Source: an uncultured Acidimicrobiia bacterium
GTDB taxonomy: Bacteria; Actinomycetota; Acidimicrobiia; Spongiisociales; JAOTWH01
NCBI GenBank assembly: GCA_964347285.1
Contig: CAYFYE010000015.1
Span: 1 to 32,099 of the forward strand
DNA length: 32,099 nucleotides
Reading direction: 5' to 3'
Notes under the pieces: model-generated
The model's database searches: none
Told to the model about the DNA's origin: nothing
What the model saw: only the letters and a program-made list of their open reading frames with translations
Shown here: positions 25,665 through 32,099 of the stretch, piece after piece
Layout of the letters: every line of letters begins with the position of its first letter
How positions within the stretch are numbered: the first letter of the stretch is position 1
Program-made: the position numbers and the translations under genes

Positions 25665-27662
25665 ATGTCTGAATCCCTCGAGGCACCGGCCTCTCAGGAG
25701 GAGGCGGTTCGTTTTCTCACGGCCCTGGGGGCGGCCTGGACCACGTATCGGCTCTATCCCAACCCCCGTAATCAGCCGGCGTTCCAGCGATCGGTGCAGA
25801 CGCTGGCTTCATTCGAGGGAAGCGGGCTGATGTTCGATGTGGCGGCCGGGTGGTTCTCGTACGCCGGCGAGGAGATCGGCCGAGATCGTGAGGGAGTCGA
25901 GCGGCTGGCCAAGCAGTGCTTCATCCACGACATCGAGGCGGTGCGGTTGGCCGGTCCGCCGACGGCAGACGACCTGTGCGGGTTCTTCGGCTTGCTCGAC
26001 CTCGACGACGATCAGGTGCGCAGCGGCGGCGGTTTCGGCGCGGCCCTGGCCGACAAAGGAATCCGCTCGCTGCAGATATCGGAGCGGGGACTCTTGCGGG
26101 AAGAGGGGGGCGACGAGGGCCGCACCGCCGGCGTCGGAGAGGGCGACGGTGAAGGAGAGCGCTACGAGAGCGAGATCGCCAACCTGGTGGAGGAAGGCGC
26201 TTCGCCCGAGGACGTCGCCCAAGAACTGACTGCCCGCAATGCCGGCGACGATGAGGCGATGGCCAAGGAGTTCGTCGAAGCCTACCGGGAGATCCACGGG
26301 GTAGGCCAGGTCGAGACTGCGGCGTCTTCGACCGAAGACCTCAACGTCATGCTGGCTCCCTACTTGTCGCCGACCGCGCCCTGGCCGGCGATCCGCACCT
26401 TCGTGGAGACCTTCTTCCATCTTCCTCGTCAAGCCCGGGTGGGAGTCATGCGCGCCTTTCTCCAGTCCAAGGACGATGGCAACGATCGCATGTTCCTCGA
26501 TCAGTTCGCCGGTCACGAGCTCGCCGACCTCGCCCCCGAACTGAGCGCAGACGAGTATTCAGCACTCATCGATTACGCCCAGGAGGCAGCCGAGGCCCAT
26601 AGCACTGCCGCCGAGGAGCTGTTCTCCCTGCTGCACTCGGCCAGCGAGGTCCGGGCCGGACGCCAGGCCCTCGCCGACCGGATCACCGACATCCTCGATG
26701 ATCCCTCCGACGAGTCCGGCCCCAACGTCCAGCTCGAGGAGCTGCGCGGAGAGCTCGATCCCCTACACGACGAAGATGTCGGTCTGGACGCCCTGCGCAT
26801 GTTGATCGGGGTCGAGGAGCGTCCCCACCGGTTCAGGAGGTTGTTGAGGATCTGGACCGGGCGCATCGGCACTGCCATTCGGGCCGGGGACTTCGATCAC
26901 GCCAAGCGGGTATTCGACGCCGTCGAAAGCGATGCGTCCTACCCCAGCGAGCAGGGACCGGCGATTCAGGAAGCGCTGGGCAAGGTGCTCACACCCGAGC
27001 TCATTGCGGTATTCGTGGCCCGCTTCACCGAAGAGGGGAGCGGCGATGAGGCCGTGCAGCTGCTGGCCCGGTTCGGCCCATCGGTCGCCGAGCGCCTCGT
27101 CGAGCAGCTGGCCGTCGAGGAGAGTCGGGTGTTGCGTCGGGGACTGACCGAGCTGCTGGCCGCCGTGGGCGGCGAGAACCCCGCTTCCCTGCTGGGCCGC
27201 CTCGACGACTCCCGATGGTATGTGGTCCGGAACCTGGCCACCGCCCTCGGCAAGACCGGTCGACCGGAAGCGGCCGAGCCGCTCATCAAGCTCCTGAAGC
27301 ACGGCGACCACCGGGTGCGAGTGGAAGCCCTGCGAGCCTTGGTCCCCATACTCGACGAGCGAATAGCCGAAGAGATGGCAGGACGGCTCGCCGATCCCAA
27401 CGAACGGGTGCGCCAGACCGCCTTGGCGTTGCTCAAGAGCGCATCTACTCCCGGGGTGGATGCAGCACTCGTCGGTGCCCTCCAGGCCGATGACATCCCC
27501 GTCGGTGATCTCGACCGCATTGCCCTCACCATCGTCGAGCGAGGCGACGCCGCAGCCGTCCTCGAACTCCGCCAGATGGGGGGCAGGAGTTTCTCCTTGC
27601 GGGCCCGTCAGCGGGCTCTGGGGCGTGCCGCCAAGAGTGCCCTGCAAAGGATGAAATCGTGA
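25665..27662 (+). CDS. HEAT-repeat domain protein
   Basis: C-terminal HEAT/PBS-lyase repeats (LDDSRWYVVRNLATALG; LLKHGDHRVRVEALRAL; LADPNERVRQTAL). Confidence 0.85.
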   Translation: MSESLEAPASQEEAVRFLTALGAAWTTYRLYPNPRNQPAFQRSVQTLASFEGSGLMFDVAAGWFSYAGEEIGRDREGVERLAKQCFIHDIEAVRLAGPPTADDLCGFFGLLDLDDDQVRSGGGFGAALADKGIRSLQISERGLLREEGGDEGRTAGVGEGDGEGERYESEIANLVEEGASPEDVAQELTARNAGDDEAMAKEFVEAYREIHGVGQVETAASSTEDLNVMLAPYLSPTAPWPAIRTFVETFFHLPRQARVGVMRAFLQSKDDGNDRMFLDQFAGHELADLAPELSADEYSALIDYAQEAAEAHSTAAEELFSLLHSASEVRAGRQALADRITDILDDPSDESGPNVQLEELRGELDPLHDEDVGLDALRMLIGVEERPHRFRRLLRIWTGRIGTAIRAGDFDHAKRVFDAVESDASYPSEQGPAIQEALGKVLTPELIAVFVARFTEEGSGDEAVQLLARFGPSVAERLVEQLAVEESRVLRRGLTELLAAVGGENPASLLGRLDDSRWYVVRNLATALGKTGRPEAAEPLIKLLKHGDHRVRVEALRALVPILDERIAEEMAGRLADPNERVRQTALALLKSASTPGVDAALVGALQADDIPVGDLDRIALTIVERGDAAAVLELRQMGGRSFSLRARQRALGRAAKSALQRMKS

Positions 27663-29020
27663 ACGAGCACGTGGTGCGCGACTTCCTGCAGGCGCTACGC
27701 CGGGTGGCGCGCCAGGTGGGCCTGTATCCGGCCGGTCACCCCTTGACGGCCGAGGCCCTCGAGGCCGCCGAGAAGGCGGTCCGCGACCTCAGCTCGACGG
27801 GTGGAGAGGAAGCTGTGATCGCGGTGACCGAGGATTCGGTCTATTTCAACCGGACCCTGCTGCCGCACACGTCATTGGAGTACAACAGCCTGATCGTCGA
27901 GATGCATCGCCGCGGGCTGGAGTCGATAACCGTCGTCAATCCAGTGTTGGGCACGGATTTGTTCGATCTGGCCGCCTTTGTGGCCGGCGTCTCCGACGAC
28001 TTGCCTGCCGGAGGCACGATCAAGCTCAATGAGGCCCCGGTCTCAGGAGGCGAGGATGGCGTGCTCTCCCACATGCGGCGGTCCTATGCCGGGTCACTTG
28101 GGGCTTTGCGCACGGCCACCAATTCCCTGGCCGGTGAAGGGGCCTTCGACCTGCAGGCCGTCATGGAATCCGTCGAGGACCTGCTCAATGCCACCCTCTT
28201 CAGCTCGAGCGCCTCGCTGCTGCTGTCGACCGTCAAGAGCCACGACGAATACACCTTCTATCACTCGGTCAACACCTGCATTCTGTCGTTGGCGGTGGGC
28301 CGGCTGATCGGCCTGGAGCACGACGAGCTTCTGGCCGTCGGAGCCGGGGCCGTATTGCACGACATCGGCAAGGTGGCGATCTCGACCGCCACACTCAACT
28401 ATCCGGGACGTCTCAGCGAGGAGCAATGGATGGAGGTCAAGCTCCATCCGCAAGAGGGCGCCCAGGCGATCCTGGCCGCCGCCGGGCCCCGCCACGCCGT
28501 GGCCGCCGCCATCGCCCTGGAGCATCACACTCGATACGACGGAACCGGCTACCCCAACGGGAACGAGCGGCGCCGTCCTCACCTCTTCAGCCGGCTGGTG
28601 GCCGTGGCCGACGTGTACGACGCCATCACCACCCGTCGCTCTTACCGGCGAGCAGAAACTCCCAACCGGGCCCTGCACGTGCTGGCGGATGGCGCGGGCA
28701 CTGTGTACGACCCGGACATGGTGCGACGTTTCGTCAAGGTGATGGGGCTGTACCCGCCGGGATCGGTCGTCCGGCTCTCTTCGGGGGAGCTGATGGTGGT
28801 GACCCATCACCGCGATGACGACTTCCGCCGCCTCCATGGGGTCATCGCCAAGGATTCAGCCGGGGTCCCCATCGATCCCGAGCCGATCGAGGTCGGTATC
28901 GACCGGGTTGCCGATCAGATTCTCGCCGAAAGGGCCGGAATCGATCCGGCCTCGCTGGTGGAGCAGGCCGGGATCGACCTGCAGCTGGAGTTCCCCACCC
29001 GCGGGGACCTCGAGCGCTAG
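27659..29020 (+). CDS. HD-GYP domain protein (putative cyclic dinucleotide phosphodiesterase)
   Basis: HDEYTFYHSVN, LHDIGK, HP, EHHTRYDGTGYP, VADVYDA, RSYR, GLYPPG; GTGA overlap with the HEAT gene. Confidence 0.92.
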   Translation: MNEHVVRDFLQALRRVARQVGLYPAGHPLTAEALEAAEKAVRDLSSTGGEEAVIAVTEDSVYFNRTLLPHTSLEYNSLIVEMHRRGLESITVVNPVLGTDLFDLAAFVAGVSDDLPAGGTIKLNEAPVSGGEDGVLSHMRRSYAGSLGALRTATNSLAGEGAFDLQAVMESVEDLLNATLFSSSASLLLSTVKSHDEYTFYHSVNTCILSLAVGRLIGLEHDELLAVGAGAVLHDIGKVAISTATLNYPGRLSEEQWMEVKLHPQEGAQAILAAAGPRHAVAAAIALEHHTRYDGTGYPNGNERRRPHLFSRLVAVADVYDAITTRRSYRRAETPNRALHVLADGAGTVYDPDMVRRFVKVMGLYPPGSVVRLSSGELMVVTHHRDDDFRRLHGVIAKDSAGVPIDPEPIEVGIDRVADQILAERAGIDPASLVEQAGIDLQLEFPTRGDLER

Positions 29021-29299
29021 TGGAGCGGTCGGGCGACCGCCGCGTCGTCAGGGCCCATCTCCGGGCCGTACGTGACCGGGTAGGGGCCTTTCTTGCCGCT
29101 GGGACGATGGACCAAGGCGAACAGACAGGCCTCGTCGCCCGGATCGCTGTCGCCCTCGAAGCGGACCACCTCGCGGCGTTGGAACTCCGTTGGGGGTCCC
29201 TCCACCCCTCCTCCCCACAGCCGACCTCCGGCCGCCGAGAACTGGACCGGGTAGCCGGCGCTCTCGGCGCAAGGCGTCGACGAGCGTTTCCAGAGGCAG
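29017..29299 (-). pseudogene. Frameshifted small conserved protein (RFEGxSDPGDE family)
   Basis: Frame A gives LPLETLVDALR; after a shift near 29266 frame B gives ESAGYPVQFSAAGGRL...EVVRFEGDSDPGDEACLFAL..SGKKG.Y.VTYGPEM. Only CTG at the expected start. Confidence 0.65.
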
Positions 29300-29309
29300 C
29301 GGCCCGACC

Positions 29310-30575
29310 CTAACGGGATGCGGGATCGCCGCCCCGGCCCCGGGCCGGACGGACTCCGGCCTGATGAGCGGCGTAGACGGCGGCCAGGAACCGGCCCACC
29401 CCACTCACGGCGGCGGCGCTCCGCACCGAGTAGAAGTAGTCGAAGCCGTGGGTGGCTCCGGGGATCTCGGCATATCCGACCGGACCGTCACCGGCGGCCC
29501 GCAAGGCTGCTGCGAAGCGGGCCGACTCGTCGACGGTCACCAGCGAGTCGTGGCGGCCGTGCACGATCAAGAACGGGGGAACGCCGCCGTGAGCTTGTTC
29601 GGCAGGCGAGGCTTCCGTCCATAGGCGCGGATTGCTCGACGGCGACGACTTCATGACATGCTTTTCGAGAAAGGTCCACCTCGCCCTGGTGCCGTCGCGG
29701 CTGGTGAGCCGGAAGATCCCGTAGAACGGCACACAGGCCTGGAGGGACGTGTCGGCGTCCTCGAAGCCGGGCTGGTAGCGAGGTTGCCCGGCGGTCAGCG
29801 CGGCCAGGGCCGCCAGGTGGCCCCCGGCCGAACCGCCGGTGGCCGCGATGAATGTGGGATCGGCCCCGTAGTCGGGCGCGTTGTGCCGTAACCACCAGAT
29901 GGCCCTTTTCACGTCTTCGAGGTGGTCGGGGAAGGTCGCCTCGGGACTGAGGCGGTAGTCGATGGCGGCACAGATCCAGCCCCGCTGTGCCATGTGGTGC
30001 ATCAGCGGACGGGCGTGGCGGTCTCGCCGACCGCGCATCCAGCTTCCCCCGTGGATCTGGAGGAGCACCGGGGCCGGCCCGTCGGTGGCCGGTGGCAAGT
30101 ACAGATCGACCAGGTGGCTGGGGTGGGGCCCGTAGGCCAGGCCGGAGCGGCGTTCGACGTTCCGGGGCTTGCTGGGGTGGGCAACCATCAAACGGGGAAG
30201 TGAGGGTTGGAGCCGGTCGGCGAACCGATCGGGATCGATCTGGCCGTCGAAGCCTCGGCCGAGTGCATCGGTGACTGCGGCCTCGACGGTCGGTCGGGCC
30301 CGGTGGGCCCGCACCTGAAGCACGACCAGGCCCGCCCAGGAGGCCCCGGTGATGGCCAGTCCGGCCAGCCCCGGCCAAGACCGCAATGCGCCTGCCCAGA
30401 CGAAGACGGCGGTCGCCGCGGCCTGCCAGGCGATCTGATGGAGGGCCAGCTCGCCGGTGACCAGGGCCGAGACCCACACCGGCCCCAGGCCCCGCCCCGG
30501 GCGGACCGGGCGAAGGGCATTCCAGGTGCGCCAGGCCCCCAAGGCGCTGACGACCAGGAAGAGAACGGGCACCAT
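29310..30575 (-). CDS. Alpha/beta hydrolase (HSL-like esterase/lipase) with N-terminal membrane segments
   Basis: HGGSW oxyanion motif, IDYRLSP, GGSAGG nucleophile, HGRHD, HGFD. Confidence 0.93.
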   Translation of the reverse strand: MVPVLFLVVSALGAWRTWNALRPVRPGRGLGPVWVSALVTGELALHQIAWQAAATAVFVWAGALRSWPGLAGLAITGASWAGLVVLQVRAHRARPTVEAAVTDALGRGFDGQIDPDRFADRLQPSLPRLMVAHPSKPRNVERRSGLAYGPHPSHLVDLYLPPATDGPAPVLLQIHGGSWMRGRRDRHARPLMHHMAQRGWICAAIDYRLSPEATFPDHLEDVKRAIWWLRHNAPDYGADPTFIAATGGSAGGHLAALAALTAGQPRYQPGFEDADTSLQACVPFYGIFRLTSRDGTRARWTFLEKHVMKSSPSSNPRLWTEASPAEQAHGGVPPFLIVHGRHDSLVTVDESARFAAALRAAGDGPVGYAEIPGATHGFDYFYSVRSAAAVSGVGRFLAAVYAAHQAGVRPARGRGGDPASR

Positions 30576-30599
30576 GGCCGCAGTATCGCGTCCCCGATC

Positions 30600-31830
30600 T
30601 GCTATCCGGAGGCGACAGCGCCCGGAATTCGCTTTCTCCTCGACCAGGATGCAGCTCCTGCTCGAGTTTGTTGGCCATCAGCTTGCCCACCATCTCATCG
30701 TCTGGTGATACGAACTCGAGCACCACCGCAGTGTTGAAGCTCCGCGGCCAGTCGAGCACCGCCGCCGGCGGGATGCTGGCCGTGTAGATCAGGGGTGGAT
30801 GAGGCCGTAGGCCACGACGAGATCGGGTCTGGCCCGATCGCCCAAGGCCGGGCGCTCAATGCCGGCCCAACCTTGAGCCGGTGAGGGGTTGGTCAGATCG
30901 CTGAACACGACGGCGACGTTCTTGCCGGCGCTTCGGCGATGCAGGTCGTCGAGAACCGGCTCATCACCATCCACGGCCACCGCCAACGCACCCGTCTCGG
31001 CTGCCGGCATCGGAAAAGTGGCCATCGTTGGCTCCCAGGTCGAGCACCCGACGTGGCTGGGTACCCAGCAGTGCTCGCATCAGGAACTCGCTCTTGGCAT
31101 CGCCGTCGCGGCCGACATGGTCGCAGCCGCGGTAGCTGGACCATCTCTCTTGACCGCCGTCCCAGGTCGTCGACTCGATGAGAGTGTGGAGCTTTCTCAC
31201 GTTGCCCAGAATCAGGTCGGAGGAGAACCCGGCTTCCTTCAGGCCTTCCCGTGTGGCCCTTCCCTGCATCCGGTCCTCCATCTTCGTCTGCAACGAGACG
31301 TGCATCAGAGCGCTCGGCTTGAGCCTTTTGCCGCCCGACAGGAGCTCATTCATCTGGGAGGCGGTAGCACCTTCCATGTCTCCTCGCACCCAGGCCTGAA
31401 AAGGGACCCCGACCCAAGCCCTCAGCATCAGCGAGAACAGGAACTGCCTGGTGAACTGGCGGTACCCGATCCAGGGCTCGCCCGGCCGGTACTTCTCGAA
31501 GGAGCCGACATCGATGAACAACGGTCGCCCTTCGACAAACTGGATGTTGAAGGGCGTTGCCTCCTTGATCGTCAGCCCATGCGTCAAGGCGTCGCGGAGC
31601 AGCTCGAGCTGGAGCAGGGCCGCTTCCTTGAGCATTGTGAAGGTCCACTCATAGGGGTAGGAGATGAAGTCGAGACGGGGGTGCTCCAGACCCCGGCCGA
31701 GCCTGCGGGGGCCGACCCGAGCTCGGATGTAGGGATCAAACGTCCGGATTCGATGGCATCGGCCAGAAACGGACTGCTCTTCAGGTCGCGCCACGATGCC
31801 AGGCCACGCTCGTCGAGGAGACGGAGCACA
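30600..31830 (-). pseudogene. NoeA-like class I SAM-dependent methyltransferase, frameshifted and truncated
   Basis: Pieces in successive frames: [14 protein letters not shown]...; LEHPRLDFISYPYEWTFTMLKEAALL...FIDVGSF...VLDLGANDGHFS; AVAVDGDEPVLD...DLTNPSPAQGWAGIER...GLIH; LIYTASIP...VLEFVSPDDEMVGKLMANK. Shifts near 31690, 31010 and 30793. Confidence 0.85.
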
Positions 31831-31831
31831 C

Positions 31832-32099
31832 GAGGTCGAGCTCAAGGAGAGGAAGCACCGGATCGAGGACGCCATTCAAGCGACTCGAGCGGCCGTCGAC
31901 GAGGGCATCGCTCCCGGCGGCGGTGTAGGGCTGCTTCGCGCCCAGGAGGCCATCGACAAGAGCCGCGGTGGAACAGACGATGTCAAGGCGGGACGCCAGC
32001 TCGTGAAGCGGGCGCTGGAGTGGCCGCTGCGTCAGATCGCCATCAACGCCGGCCACGAAGGCGGCGTCGTCGTCGAGCGGGTACGGGAGCTCGATGGGG
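31832..32099 (+). pseudogene. groEL: Internal fragment of chaperonin GroEL (roughly residues 386-470), no N-terminal part; runs off window end
   Basis: Translated manually: [43 protein letters not shown]...[29 protein letters not shown]; sequence immediately upstream is the antisense of the methyltransferase gene. Confidence 0.92.

Noticed and set aside
29488..30759. 423-aa ORF overlapping the esterase on the same strand
   Set aside because: Only the first ~48 aa are the methyltransferase tail; the rest is Arg/Pro/Gly-rich off-frame read-through.
21089..32099. tRNA-Lys as the attachment site of a genomic island
   Set aside because: No integrase or other mobility genes, no second copy of the tRNA 3' end noticed, and no evident compositional shift.

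Overview
High-GC window whose gene content and leaderless-type promoters suggest an actinobacterium (possibly Acidimicrobiia; inference). It holds about 27 coding units and a tRNA-Lys(UUU); I found no integrase, transposase or CRISPR array. In order: a partial secreted protein with a D/E/A-only tail (missing from the ORF track), an archease-rtcB RNA-repair pair, a beta-propeller protein, a HugZ/PNPOx-like protein, MscS, two ABC exporter modules, LtrA, a sulfurtransferase, a single-ORF fusion of an archaeal-type endonuclease IV TIM barrel with a LigD-type primase-polymerase (the most notable item), a 2-hydroxyacid dehydrogenase, two membrane proteins, a GT4 plus debranching-type glycosidase pair, tRNA-Lys followed by a hairpin-rich non-coding stretch, a Mo-dependent oxidoreductase, an unannotated 46-aa ORF, a USP-ABC1 kinase fusion, a HEAT-repeat/HD-GYP pair that appear to share an N-terminal domain, and an esterase. 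The last ~3 kb is damaged: a frameshifted small gene, a NoeA-like methyltransferase with three frameshifts, and an abrupt junction into the middle of groEL (deletion or misassembly). All family calls come from recognising motifs by eye; no database searches were run.
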